This document shows positions 1 to 9,973 of a stretch of DNA of 64,000 nucleotides, piece after piece. The notes below the pieces were generated by a model. It saw only the letters and a list, made by a program, of their open reading frames with translations, had not been told where the DNA came from and ran no database searches. Made by a program: the position numbers and the translations under genes. Source of the DNA: Halobacteriovoraceae bacterium (lineage in GTDB: Bacteria > Bdellovibrionota > Bacteriovoracia > Bacteriovoracales > Bacteriovoracaceae); contig CAVRCF010000001.1 in assembly GCA_963719505.1 (NCBI GenBank), positions 320,001-384,000 on the forward strand, read 5' to 3'. Numbering within the stretch: the stretch's first letter is position 1; each line of letters starts with the position of its first letter.

Positions 1-651
1 TATCCCATCTTCGTCTACATTACACACATAGAGCATCTCTTTTAAAGTGATGAGGTGAAGGTCTTTAACAAGGTCTTTTTCCTCATCGGAGAGATCTAAC
101 TCTCTTGCTGCTGTTCCGTTTTCAAGAGCTGCTTTTAATCTATCAAGCACAGGAGCTGCAGCTTGAGCATCAGCTTTTACTTTTTTATCATTTGATTTTA
201 AAAACCTACTAAGGTTGCTAATTCTTTTCTCTACACTCTCCAAGTCGGCAAATGCTAATTCGATATTGATAACTTCTATATCTGAAGCAGGATCAATCTT
301 TCCATCTACATGAATAATATCTGTGTCATCAAAACATCTTACAACATGTGCAATCGCTGCCACTTGACGAATATGTCCTAAGAACTGATTTCCAAGTCCC
401 TCACCTTTTGAGGCACCCTTTACCAGTCCTGCAATATCCTTAAACTCCATGGCTGCAGGTATTATACTCTTTGGCTTAACAAGTTCAGTAATCTTATTCA
501 TTCTCTCATCAGGAACATTGACGATTCCGATATTGGGCTCGATAGTACAAAACGGGTAGTTTGCCGCTTCTGCTGGAGCACTCGTTATTGCTTGAAATAT
601 AGTTGATTTTCCAACGTTGGGTAATCCAACGATTCCTACATTTAATGCCAT
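1..651 (-). CDS. ychF: Redox-regulated ATPase YchF (5' part; runs off window start)
   Basis: Manual translation from ATG at 651: MALNVGIVGLPNVGKST...ANYPFCTIEPN...DIAGLVKGASKGEGLGNQFL; follows pth. Confidence 0.96.
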   Translation of the reverse strand, partial: MALNVGIVGLPNVGKSTIFQAITSAPAEAANYPFCTIEPNIGIVNVPDERMNKITELVKPKSIIPAAMEFKDIAGLVKGASKGEGLGNQFLGHIRQVAAIAHVVRCFDDTDIIHVDGKIDPASDIEVINIELAFADLESVEKRISNLSRFLKSNDKKVKADAQAAAPVLDRLKAALENGTAARELDLSDEEKDLVKDLHLITLKEMLYVCNVDEDGI

Positions 652-662
652 TATTTTCTCCG

Positions 663-1238
663 TTACTTTATTTCTAAAAAGTTTTTCTTATTATATTTTG
701 TTGCGGCTTTCATGCCGTCTTTTAAAAATGCGCTTAAGGCTTCATCGCAGTTTTTCATAACGATATCAAGTTCTGTCTGCTGATCACCACTAAATTTTCC
801 CAATACCCAACTCGAGACACTTCCATGGACTGGTCTTCCGATACCAATTCTCATTCTAAAAAAATCCTGAGACCCCATATGAGAAGTAATAGACTTTAGA
901 CCATTGTGTCCGGCAAGTCCTCCACCTTTTTTAAATTGTATCTGCCCAAAGGGAAGATCTAGCTCATCTTGTAAAACTAAGATTTCAGAGGCTTCTATTT
1001 TAAAAAACTTGCACAGTGGGCCAACACTCTCTCCGCTCAAATTCATGTATGTATTTGGTTTTAAAAAATAGACTTTTTCACCAGCAATGGTCTTTTCAGT
1101 GTAATGCCCTTTGAACTTGGCTTTCCAAAAGGTTCCATCCAAAAGGCTACACGTGTCCAGTAGAATCCAACCAATATTGTGGCGAGTATTCTCGTATTCA
1201 ATTCCTGGATTTCCGACACCAACTACAAGTTTAATCAT
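663..1238 (-). CDS. pth: Peptidyl-tRNA hydrolase
   Basis: GVGNPG, TRHNIG, KPNTYMNLSG, GHNGLKS, RMRIGIGRP motifs. Confidence 0.97.
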   Translation of the reverse strand: MIKLVVGVGNPGIEYENTRHNIGWILLDTCSLLDGTFWKAKFKGHYTEKTIAGEKVYFLKPNTYMNLSGESVGPLCKFFKIEASEILVLQDELDLPFGQIQFKKGGGLAGHNGLKSITSHMGSQDFFRMRIGIGRPVHGSVSSWVLGKFSGDQQTELDIVMKNCDEALSAFLKDGMKAATKYNKKNFLEIK

Positions 1239-2179
1239 ACGAATAGGGAACTTACCGAGTCGTGGTTGAAAGTGCGCTGAATGGCTTTAGATAAGATATC
1301 TGCAGTCGATAGAACGTGGATTTTTGAAACTGTTTTACACTGTTCACAAAGAGGGATTGTATCCGTCACAATAACAGCTTCGAGTTCAACGCAAGAATTT
1401 ATTCTCTCAGCTGCTGGACCACTAAAAATACCATGTGTTGCAAAAGCATAAATTTTATTTGCACCATGCTCTCTCAAAGTTTTTGCAGCTTCTACTAGAG
1501 TGCCTGAAGTATCAATTATATCGTCAATAATACAAACATTCTTACCCTTTACATCACCAACAATATTCATCGCCTTGGCAACATTTGGACTTGTTCGTCT
1601 TTTATCAATCATGGCGATATCAGTATGCAGTCTTTTCGCGTACCATCTCACTCTCTCAACACCACCAGCATCAGGCGAGACCATCATAAGATTTTCTGGA
1701 TCCACTTCATTTTGAATATAGTCTAGAAAAACAGGTGACGCATAAATATTATCAAAAGGAATATTAAAGAACCCTTGAATTTGCCCTGCGTGAAGATCCA
1801 TTGTAATGACACGAGTAGCACCAGCTGCAGTGAGCATATCGGCTACAAGTTTTGCCGTTATAGGTGTTCTTGGGCTGGCTTTTCTATCTTGTCTGGCATA
1901 ACCGTAATGAGGAATTACAGCTGTAATTGATTCGGCCGATGCTCTTTTCAAAGCATCGATCATAATTAGCAACTCCATTAGGTTGTCATTGACTGGAGAA
2001 GAAAGTGTTTGAATTAAGAAAACGTCCGCACCTCTAACATTTTTTTCAATCTCACAATAAATTTCTCCATTAGCAAACTTTAACAGTTGTGGATCAACGA
2101 GTGGAACTTCTAAAAATGATGAAATTTTATTAGACAACGAGGGATTTGATGAACCAGACACTAGAACTAAACGTCGCAA
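1235..2179 (-). CDS. prs: Ribose-phosphate pyrophosphokinase
   Basis: YGYARQDRK, MDLHAGQIQGFF, VSPDAGG, IIDDIIDTSGT motifs; TTG start. Confidence 0.97.
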   Translation of the reverse strand: MRRLVLVSGSSNPSLSNKISSFLEVPLVDPQLLKFANGEIYCEIEKNVRGADVFLIQTLSSPVNDNLMELLIMIDALKRASAESITAVIPHYGYARQDRKASPRTPITAKLVADMLTAAGATRVITMDLHAGQIQGFFNIPFDNIYASPVFLDYIQNEVDPENLMMVSPDAGGVERVRWYAKRLHTDIAMIDKRRTSPNVAKAMNIVGDVKGKNVCIIDDIIDTSGTLVEAAKTLREHGANKIYAFATHGIFSGPAAERINSCVELEAVIVTDTIPLCEQCKTVSKIHVLSTADILSKAIQRTFNHDSVSSLFV

Positions 2180-2201
2180 AGTCGTTCTCCTCTATAGAAA
2201 G

Positions 2202-2276
2202 TGGCAGGGGTAGCTGGGATCGAACCAGCGCATATCAGGATCAAAACCTGATGTCTTACCACTTGACGATACCCCT
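2202..2276 (-). tRNA. tRNA-Gln (anticodon TTG)
   Basis: Cloverleaf folds by hand: acceptor AGGGGTA/TACCCCT, anticodon arm TCAGG-TTTTGAT-CCTGA, T arm GCTGG-TTCGATC-CCAGC, encoded CCA; usual position upstream of prs. Confidence 0.96.
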
Positions 2277-2402
2277 ACAAACGTTTCTAAAAATATACGG
2301 ATTCGACCTAAAAATGGCAAGAGATAACTTTAGGAAATTGTTAAATTGGTGCTATAATATTTCAGTTATAAATTTTATGGCGCAAAGCTAAAAGAAGAGA
2401 CT

Positions 2403-3191
2403 ATGATCGTTTGGGACATTGATCCAGAAATATTTAGAATAGGGCCTATAGCCATTAGATACTATAGTCTCGGATTTGTGCTCGCATTTATTTTAGGTGA
2501 AAAGTACGTCTATAGTATTACAAAAGTGAAATTCAACTGGTCAGAAAAAGAAATGTCCTCATATTTAGCTTATCTTATTGGTGGGACATTTATTGGGGCA
2601 AGGCTTGGCCATGTTTTATTTTACCAACCAGAATACTATCTCTCTAACCCTCTAGAAATATTTCAAGTTTGGAAAGGTGGGCTCGCAAGTCACGGTGGCT
2701 ATGTTGGAGTACTCATCGCAGTATGGCTTTATATAAAGAAATTTAAAAACATTACCTATCTTCAGAGTATGGATATTGTTGTCGCTCCATGTTTATTTGC
2801 AGGTTCGCTTATTCGTCTAGGCAATCTAATGAACTCTGAAATTGTTGGTCACAAAACAGACGTTGCTTGGGCTTTTGTCTTCAAGCGCGTTGACCTCATT
2901 CCAAGGCATCCTTCGCAGATCTATGAGTTTCTTGGCTATTTCACAATCTCAGTCATCCTTTGGCAACTTTACAAGCGCTTTGGTGACACATGGAAAAGTG
3001 GAAGAATTTTAGGATTTGCCATGTGGCTGAGTTTTTCATTTAGAATCTTCGTAGAAACATTTAAAGAGAATCAAGTCATGTTTGAAAATGAAATGTTTCT
3101 TAATATGGGCCAACTTCTCTCAATTCCCTTTATCATCGTGGGACTAATCATGGCTTTTGATCTGGGTGGAAAGCTTAAACATCAGTCGTGA
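2403..3191 (+). CDS. lgt: Prolipoprotein diacylglyceryl transferase
   Basis: IGARLGHVLFY, WKGGLASHGG, IRLGNLMNSE, RHPSQIYE motifs. Confidence 0.95.
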   Translation: MIVWDIDPEIFRIGPIAIRYYSLGFVLAFILGEKYVYSITKVKFNWSEKEMSSYLAYLIGGTFIGARLGHVLFYQPEYYLSNPLEIFQVWKGGLASHGGYVGVLIAVWLYIKKFKNITYLQSMDIVVAPCLFAGSLIRLGNLMNSEIVGHKTDVAWAFVFKRVDLIPRHPSQIYEFLGYFTISVILWQLYKRFGDTWKSGRILGFAMWLSFSFRIFVETFKENQVMFENEMFLNMGQLLSIPFIIVGLIMAFDLGGKLKHQS

Positions 3192-5074
3192 CAATAAAGC
3201 TCGTAGAGCTGCTTTCCCCGATAAAGTTGGAAGTTTTGAAAGATTCTAAAAGCACTGGTGGCACCTGCTAAACGAAGTGTTTTTCCCGCTCTTTGTGAGT
3301 CTACGCCATACCAAATCGCATAAAAAACCTTACCATCAAATGCAACATACCAATTATCGAGTCCCTTATTAGTTGTTCCCGTCTTTCCAAACATCATAAT
3401 CTCTTTAATAGCACCCAGTGAAACTCTAGAAATAGTTGTCTCTTTTGCATTAGACATTTCAAAAAGGATTGAGTCTTCAAATGTATACTTTCCAGATTTT
3501 ATATTTTCACATGTTTTTTTAAAGTACTTTAAATAGGAGAAAGACAAGTCTCCCAAGGACATCTCTATCGCCCCTAGTAGTTGTGCTGGATACTCAGCCA
3601 GTGGAGTTAAAAGTTCGGGAAAGTAATTCAACAGCTTTGGCTCTAATTTTTCAAAGCCCACTTCGGCCGCGGTCCTAATGAGGGGAATATTTTTTGATTT
3701 TTTAACTGCGTAACGAAGGTCTACCTGGGGCTCATGAACGGCAGAGCCATCTTTTGGAGTCCAGTTACCTGAGACCAACTTTAAAGTGATAGGGCTAGTC
3801 GAAACCTTGTCATTCAAACTCTTTCCAAGTTCAATTAATTGTTCGTAAATGATCGGCTTTAAAACACTTCCAACTTGATGTTTCTCTTCAAATATCGCCC
3901 TCTCCAAATCTCTTTCATTTTTGGAGTAATAGTAAAAGCTATTAGGACAAGTTTTATCAATACAATTAATATCAATAGCAATGAACTTAGTTGCGACATC
4001 TAAGTCTTTCGTTTGCTTGACCAAAAGATCATTTATTTTTTTAACGGACTGATAAAAAACATATTTTTCAAAGGGCTCTAAATAATTATTTAAAGTTTTG
4101 CTTAAAAAATAATATGACTTTAAAGAAGAGCCTTCATTTTTTAAGGTGAGAGACTTAATCCACTCTGCCCAAGAGGTTTCATCCCAACGACTTGAGCTTT
4201 TATCGCCGACCAATGAGAGTTCTGATAATCGCTTGTAAACGATTCCAGTTCTTCCCTGAAGTCTTTCAAAGTGTCGAAAAGGACTATAAAAATAAGGTCC
4301 CTTTAACATTCCGATTAACATTGAAGCCTCAAAGTCAGTAAGGTTCTTGGGCGACTTATTAAAGTAGGCCATTGATGCGGCTTTAATGCCCTTGATATAA
4401 ACTCCATCAACGACACCCCAAAAGATCTCATTAAAGTAAGTTGTTATGATCTCCTCTTTGGAAAGCTTATACTCAATATAAAAGGCATAAACCATCTCTC
4501 TAAGCTTGCGTTCAAATCTCTTTTCATTTGTCAGAAAGAGGTTTTTCGCCAACTGCATAGTCAGTGTTGATCCCCCTTGAACTTTTTTCATCGCTTTGAC
4601 ATCAGCAACAAAGGCTCTCAGAAGGGACCTATAGTCGACTCCATCATGCTCTAGAAAACGATAGTCCTCTATACCGATGAGGCCCTTCCATAGAAGTGGA
4701 GAAATATCATCGAAGCTTGTGTTGAACTTTATACAATTATATCTTTTGCAATCATTCTTTATAAGCTTTGGAAGGATGATTTCTTTATTCACTAAATAAT
4801 TAGAACCTTGGCCCTTTAAGGAGTCATCGGCAAACAGACCATCAAGGAAATTCTTCTTTGATTTTATATTTGTGAAATTGAGATAGTCTTGTAGATCAGT
4901 CTTTTTGACTAAAGTACCTGACTCAAGAGTGGACTCCCCTTTTGTTTGTTCTGAGTAAGTGACTTCAACTTCTGTAAGTTTTTGGTGGACTTCGCTGATA
5001 ACGACGCTGACATAGACAACGCCTATCAGCACAAAAAGTCCAACACACCACAGAATAATTTTAATTGCCTTCAT
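3182..5074 (-). CDS. Class A penicillin-binding protein (transglycosylase + transpeptidase)
   Basis: EDYRFLEHDG, QGGSTLTMQLAKN, RKLRE GT51 motifs; SVLK, SKN, KTG transpeptidase motifs; probable start at MKAIKIILW (5074), just before the TM anchor. Confidence 0.88.
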   Translation of the reverse strand: MKAIKIILWCVGLFVLIGVVYVSVVISEVHQKLTEVEVTYSEQTKGESTLESGTLVKKTDLQDYLNFTNIKSKKNFLDGLFADDSLKGQGSNYLVNKEIILPKLIKNDCKRYNCIKFNTSFDDISPLLWKGLIGIEDYRFLEHDGVDYRSLLRAFVADVKAMKKVQGGSTLTMQLAKNLFLTNEKRFERKLREMVYAFYIEYKLSKEEIITTYFNEIFWGVVDGVYIKGIKAASMAYFNKSPKNLTDFEASMLIGMLKGPYFYSPFRHFERLQGRTGIVYKRLSELSLVGDKSSSRWDETSWAEWIKSLTLKNEGSSLKSYYFLSKTLNNYLEPFEKYVFYQSVKKINDLLVKQTKDLDVATKFIAIDINCIDKTCPNSFYYYSKNERDLERAIFEEKHQVGSVLKPIIYEQLIELGKSLNDKVSTSPITLKLVSGNWTPKDGSAVHEPQVDLRYAVKKSKNIPLIRTAAEVGFEKLEPKLLNYFPELLTPLAEYPAQLLGAIEMSLGDLSFSYLKYFKKTCENIKSGKYTFEDSILFEMSNAKETTISRVSLGAIKEIMMFGKTGTTNKGLDNWYVAFDGKVFYAIWYGVDSQRAGKTLRLAGATSAFRIFQNFQLYRGKQLYELYCHD

Positions 5075-5154
5075 ATCATTGCCAGTGTTTAAGGAATTGA
5101 ATATTATTTCCTTCAACTTTATACAATACAACTTAAAATATACAGGAGCTTTTT

Positions 5155-6552
5155 GTGAAAAGAACATTAAAGAAACTGGGTGCAGCGATCATCCTTCTAG
5201 GATCTGCAAATTCATACGCCCTTCCCATTGATTGGAGTGGAAATATTGGGTTTGATCAAAATATTATTCGCGATGGACGAGGAATTAAGGGCGACTGTAC
5301 AAAAACAGATGGTTCGGAGTGTATAACTAAAGATAATCAAAACGTAAGATACCAAAGTCTTCTTTTAAAGCTTAAACCTTCAATTATTGTTAACGACTCT
5401 GTAACAGTAAAGGGTGAAGTTACAACAGGGACTTTTAGAGGTGCTTTCCTTGGGGAAGATGGAACTGGAGACAGCTCTTATTATGCTCAAACAAATAGTG
5501 GATCTAGCTTAAACTTCACTCAACTCTATGCAGAGATGTATGCAGATACAGCTTTATTTAGAGTTGGTAAGTATGCGAGAAACTACGGCCTTGGTGCAGT
5601 CATTAATAGCGGATCTAATTCTTGGGATAGATTCTTCTCTAGTTATGAAGGTGTAGAAGCTGAATTTAAACTTGGAAGCTTTAAACTTATTCCAGCTCTT
5701 TCCAAATTTAAATCCGATGCAACTCTTCCAAACGGTAAGTACGATGCCAACGAGCAATCTGTTATTGCTATGTATGACAACAGTAATAAAAATTTAAAAG
5801 TTGGCGTTTTTTATGGCGTTCGTGATGTTGAGTCTAATTCCGACCTTTATACAACAGACACAACCTCCCAAGAGACAACTCTTATTGATATTTTCTTTGA
5901 AAAGTCATGGGGAGATTTTAAGCTCGCTGTAGAAATACCTCTCATTTCTGGAGAAGCGGGTACAGCTTTTACCAATACGACAGATGATCAAGACTTTGAT
6001 GCCAGAGCTTATATCGTTGAAACAAGTTACCAATTAAACCCAAGATGGAAAGTGGGTTTAAACTTTGGTTCAGTGACCGGTTCAGACGGAGAAGACGATT
6101 CACATGAAGCTATGTACCTTCACCCAAACTATCAAATTGCTGAAATTATGTTTCGATACAACCGCCAAGGCTTTCAAGATGCAAATGAAAATGCTTTGCG
6201 ATCAAGTATCGTAAATACAAACTATGCGAAAGTTTTTGCTTATTATGAAAACGATGCTTGGGGCTGGAGAATGGACCTTATTATGGCCAAAGCTCTTGAG
6301 TTCGCAAGTAATGGAGATCAATTTTACGATCACAAATCTCAAACATACCAAGTTGCTAATGCCGACCAAAATGAAGATCTGGGAATGGAGTTTGATGCAG
6401 CTTTTGACTATAAGTGGAGTCCAGCTGTTGTTGTGACTGGCTATGCAGCTTACTATCAAGTGGGTGAGTTTTATGAATTCACTAATGGTGCTGAAGATGT
6501 TGAAGCAGCATCTATCATTGCTACAGGTTTTAAAGTTAATATAGGGTTCTAA
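5155..6552 (+). CDS. Outer-membrane beta-barrel / porin-like protein (alginate-export-like)
   Basis: Signal peptide ending SYA; alternating aromatic beta strands; DLGMEFD motif; C-terminal Phe. Confidence 0.65.
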   Translation: MKRTLKKLGAAIILLGSANSYALPIDWSGNIGFDQNIIRDGRGIKGDCTKTDGSECITKDNQNVRYQSLLLKLKPSIIVNDSVTVKGEVTTGTFRGAFLGEDGTGDSSYYAQTNSGSSLNFTQLYAEMYADTALFRVGKYARNYGLGAVINSGSNSWDRFFSSYEGVEAEFKLGSFKLIPALSKFKSDATLPNGKYDANEQSVIAMYDNSNKNLKVGVFYGVRDVESNSDLYTTDTTSQETTLIDIFFEKSWGDFKLAVEIPLISGEAGTAFTNTTDDQDFDARAYIVETSYQLNPRWKVGLNFGSVTGSDGEDDSHEAMYLHPNYQIAEIMFRYNRQGFQDANENALRSSIVNTNYAKVFAYYENDAWGWRMDLIMAKALEFASNGDQFYDHKSQTYQVANADQNEDLGMEFDAAFDYKWSPAVVVTGYAAYYQVGEFYEFTNGAEDVEAASIIATGFKVNIGF

Positions 6553-6565
6553 AAAGTAGAACCCT
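6543..6565. terminator. Probable hairpin terminator between convergent genes
   Basis: AGGGTTCTA-aaaag-TAGAACCCT 9-bp perfect stem at the junction of convergent ORFs. Confidence 0.5.
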
Positions 6566-6591
6566 TATTTCTAATCTATTGATTAATAAAT

Positions 6592-8868
6592 TTATCTAAA
6601 GAAGTTAAATCCACCCATAGGGCTCGTTTGGTTACCCATGTAACTATTCATGAGTCCTGGGTATTGTGCCCCCCCTGAATATCCACCAGTATAACCACCG
6701 CCATACATTGGTTGCTGGCCACCGTAGTAGCCACCTTGGAATTGATTATAACTTGGGTACCTGCCCTGATTCATTCCAACTCCGAGGCCTAGATTCAATC
6801 CAAGTCCAGATGAAAAGCCTTGTTGTTGGTATTGGTTATTCATCATATAAGGATTCATATTGTAATTGCCTGGGCTCATCATCGGACTTGCAAACTGGCT
6901 GCTTAGTCCAGGCTGAGAGAACTGATTAAACGATTGAGTCATCATTGGGTTTTGTGCCCCTTGCATCATCATCGGATTCATCATTGGATTCATCATCGGT
7001 GGCGTGTATCTCATCGGTAATTGAGCAGCCGGACTCTGTGGCGTTGTAACTGGAACTTCAGGAGTCTTTGATGGCTTACTGGCATAGTACTCATCTCTGT
7101 ATCCTTCAAGCTTTTGCCATTCTGCATATTTAGATTTATACAGATCAATTTGTGCATCACAAATTTCAATTTGTTGAGAGCTCACAGTGTATTTAGACTG
7201 AGCGATGAGCATTTCGTCTTCGACACACTCTTGAAGTTTTGTCATATATCTTCCGCCGTACTGTTGAGCATACGGATTCTTTTTAGCACATTGACCCATG
7301 ACCGATTGATAAACCTGGCCCTTTATTCTTAACCACATCTGATCACCTTGAGATTTTTTAACATAGAGCTGCTCACACTGAGCTAGCTTTTGTGCATAAA
7401 ATTCTGATTTATTTTCGTCTGGATTGGTTAAGACAGATTCTCTTTTTGTATACTGGTCGTAGGCAACTTCTCTGTAGTCAGCAATAACATCATTTAAATC
7501 CTCTACCGGCATCATATCTGTAATATCTTTTGAGAACCGGCACGAGCTATTATCAATAGCATAGGCTTGACAAGAAGCCTTAAGACTTATGACGGACTTA
7601 TGCATATTAAGTGTTGCTCTTTTCCATAAAGGATCTTTTATAGGAGCTTTCTTTTTCATTGATAAGAAATGAGCGTAGTCAGCTGAAGAAAAATAAGGGG
7701 CTTGCATATACTGAGAAAGCTCTTTAGAGATATCTCTCATCTTTTTTTCTAACCTTTCTTTTTCTTCTGGAGAGGTAGCGACGTCAAGTTTTGCCTGTAA
7801 ATTAACTAATAGATTTTCGTTTTGTTCGTCTGCTGTATTATGTGAAGAGGAGTCAAAGTGTTTTTGCACGATCAACTTATAAAAATCCTCAAACAACTCA
7901 GCATATTTTTTGGTATCTAATTTACTCATGTCACCTTTTTCAACGGCGGCATCAAATTCTTTTTTTGCTTTTGCCACCTTCGCTAAAAGGTCTTTTTTCA
8001 TAATCGCTTCTAATTGAGAATATGTACCAGAGAGGCTTGTGAAGGCTTCAAGGTTTTGATAAATACTTTGGTAGTTAGCCTCATTACAAAGCTTAGCTGC
8101 TTTATCTTCAAGAACTTGATTTCCAATATCAATCTTCGAATATATTTTGTAGCCACCTTTTTGAATGTCTTCGTAAAAGTAACATTGGTCATTTTTAATT
8201 AATGTTTTATTGGAGAAGACCTTATTCATATTATTAAAAGCTGGGCCTTTTGATACAAAAATTAGTTTACCTGTATCAGTTACTCCTGACTTATCAACAT
8301 CAAGGTTGGCTTTAACTATTTTTGATTTATTAATTTTTCCATCGTCGTAGACACCTGTCTCTTTTAAACAAGAGATAAAACCATCCATCGTTGGAGCGAA
8401 TGATTTCGTTTCGGTCGAGATTGACTCTCCGTTGAGCACTTGTACCTTATATTCACATTCATCCTTTCCACATGACTTGACCCTCGTCTCAAAACTATGA
8501 GGGATCCCATTACCTGCTGGATGAAAAACAAAATCAAGGAGGGAGTTACAATTGGCAATCATTTCGCCACCAAAAATATTTAGTTCTCCCGTAGAAGGAT
8601 TATGTGTTGGAGTTAGTGTTGCACCTTTTCCTCTAAGTAGCCCCATAACAAAGCTTAAAGGCAAGGAGCTTTGGTCTGTAGAGTCACAACTAACTGTTGA
8701 TTCCATAGACTGGCCTTGAGTTAAGTCTGTCGGTGTCACAGTTGTGACCGTTGTTGACTGTATCTCCTCTTGAGAGTCCGAAAGTGCTCCAAGTAAGGTT
8801 CCATTTAGCTGTGCCATTGAATTAAAAGACAGACACAGAACAGAAAAACCAAATAATACTTTATTCAT
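6592..8868 (-). CDS. Secreted hypothetical protein with Cys pairs, helical core and Q/N/M/G/Y/P low-complexity C-terminal tail
   Basis: 758-aa ORF, signal peptide ending SMA, tail such as PMMNPMMNPMMMQG...GGYYGGQQPMYGGG. Confidence 0.8.
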   Translation of the reverse strand: MNKVLFGFSVLCLSFNSMAQLNGTLLGALSDSQEEIQSTTVTTVTPTDLTQGQSMESTVSCDSTDQSSLPLSFVMGLLRGKGATLTPTHNPSTGELNIFGGEMIANCNSLLDFVFHPAGNGIPHSFETRVKSCGKDECEYKVQVLNGESISTETKSFAPTMDGFISCLKETGVYDDGKINKSKIVKANLDVDKSGVTDTGKLIFVSKGPAFNNMNKVFSNKTLIKNDQCYFYEDIQKGGYKIYSKIDIGNQVLEDKAAKLCNEANYQSIYQNLEAFTSLSGTYSQLEAIMKKDLLAKVAKAKKEFDAAVEKGDMSKLDTKKYAELFEDFYKLIVQKHFDSSSHNTADEQNENLLVNLQAKLDVATSPEEKERLEKKMRDISKELSQYMQAPYFSSADYAHFLSMKKKAPIKDPLWKRATLNMHKSVISLKASCQAYAIDNSSCRFSKDITDMMPVEDLNDVIADYREVAYDQYTKRESVLTNPDENKSEFYAQKLAQCEQLYVKKSQGDQMWLRIKGQVYQSVMGQCAKKNPYAQQYGGRYMTKLQECVEDEMLIAQSKYTVSSQQIEICDAQIDLYKSKYAEWQKLEGYRDEYYASKPSKTPEVPVTTPQSPAAQLPMRYTPPMMNPMMNPMMMQGAQNPMMTQSFNQFSQPGLSSQFASPMMSPGNYNMNPYMMNNQYQQQGFSSGLGLNLGLGVGMNQGRYPSYNQFQGGYYGGQQPMYGGGYTGGYSGGAQYPGLMNSYMGNQTSPMGGFNFFR

Positions 8869-8900
8869 ATAAACCCCAAAGTTTTAGTACTCGTCTACTC

Positions 8901-8927
8901 TGATCGGTAATTTATGAATTAAGTTTA
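8901..8927 (-). promoter_or_regulatory. sigma28 (FliA)-like promoter
   Basis: Minus strand TAAA-N15-ACCGATCA versus consensus TAAA-N15-GCCGATAA, 33 bp upstream of the ATG at 8868. Confidence 0.55.
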
Positions 8928-8950
8928 GTTTTTAATCTAAGATGTTGATT

Positions 8951-9925
8951 TTACAGTATAAAGGAAGGTTTAATTTGGGTAATGACCTGATCCGAAACCT
9001 CTTCAACAGATTTTTGATAACGCTCTACTCTGTTATACGAATCACTGGGGTCATCTGTTAAAACTTGAATCTTTCGAACATTGATTTCGTAGTTTTTTTG
9101 ATCACTAATTCTCATATAGATCGTTTCTGGAAAATCAAAATCTTTTGATAAAAGGACGTAGTTGTGAAGCTGGAATTCTACTTCATAACTATCACCGACT
9201 AATCTCATCATGAGAAGTCTATGTGTATCATTATCGAATCTTAAAGTGACCTTATCGCTTTCGTAGACAAGATAGAACTTTTTATTTTCAAAGACTCTTT
9301 TTAAAGCATTATTTTCATCTATAAAGCTTGACTCCAAAGTCTCATTTACTTCTGCAAGTTTTTTTGGGTCACTTGGTTTAAGTGGGTTTTCACCAGCATC
9401 CTCGTTATTATTTACCTTGCCTAAATAGGTTCTATAGCGGCTTAGAAGCCATTGTAGTTTTTTATTAAACTTATTTTTATTTGGCTGAATTTTAGGATCT
9501 AAACTTCCCAGTAAAGAGACAAGCATGTCTGACTTGTTAACCATTAAGCTTCTCATCAGAGAATAAAAAGCCTTTGTCTCAAGGTTACTCGACTTTAAGC
9601 TTTGAAAATCAAATTTCTTAAACGTATTTACTTTATTAATTGTTTGATTAGAAATAACGCCATCTCTATAGTCCACTTGTACAAGATCGATAACACCTTT
9701 AACATCTGAGTTGAAAAGGAACTTGTAAGTCGACTTTGCAGGTTCTGCTGATTTTATTTCCTCGTCTTCACTTTTAATTCTATTGATGACAACTGAGCCA
9801 TAGGTTACCTTATCTGTAGTATCCACATTATTTCCGTTACGAAGCATTGAATCCACTGTCGGGATGTAGGCAAAGCTGTTCAAACAGAATGTTAATAGGA
9901 TAAATGCAATCTTCTTGTTGTTCAT
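8951..9925 (-). CDS. Exported hypothetical protein
   Basis: 324-aa ORF with signal peptide ending SFA; no family recognised. Confidence 0.75.
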   Translation of the reverse strand: MNNKKIAFILLTFCLNSFAYIPTVDSMLRNGNNVDTTDKVTYGSVVINRIKSEDEEIKSAEPAKSTYKFLFNSDVKGVIDLVQVDYRDGVISNQTINKVNTFKKFDFQSLKSSNLETKAFYSLMRSLMVNKSDMLVSLLGSLDPKIQPNKNKFNKKLQWLLSRYRTYLGKVNNNEDAGENPLKPSDPKKLAEVNETLESSFIDENNALKRVFENKKFYLVYESDKVTLRFDNDTHRLLMMRLVGDSYEVEFQLHNYVLLSKDFDFPETIYMRISDQKNYEINVRKIQVLTDDPSDSYNRVERYQKSVEEVSDQVITQIKPSFIL

Positions 9926-9973
9926 ATAATTCTCATTGTCTATAATAGCTAAAATCTTATTATAAGGCAGTAA

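Noticed and set aside
533-550. GGCTCGATAGTACA in ychF resembling palindrome B
   Set aside because: Explained by the conserved CTIEP peptide; the right arm does not match
2146-2391. 81-aa plus-strand ORF
   Set aside because: Antisense to tRNA-Gln and the prs start; spurious
5075-5167. N-terminal extension of the PBP overlapping the divergent porin gene
   Set aside because: ATG at 5074 directly precedes the TM anchor and leaves an 80-bp divergent promoter gap, which is more plausible
6543-6565. GGTTCTA...TAGAACC arms resembling palindrome B
   Set aside because: A 5-bp insertion at the centre and the position between convergent genes fit a simple terminator hairpin
9427-9442. AGGTTCTATAGCGGCT as another palindrome B copy
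   Set aside because: Three mismatches including both terminal bases, and isolated; compatible with chance
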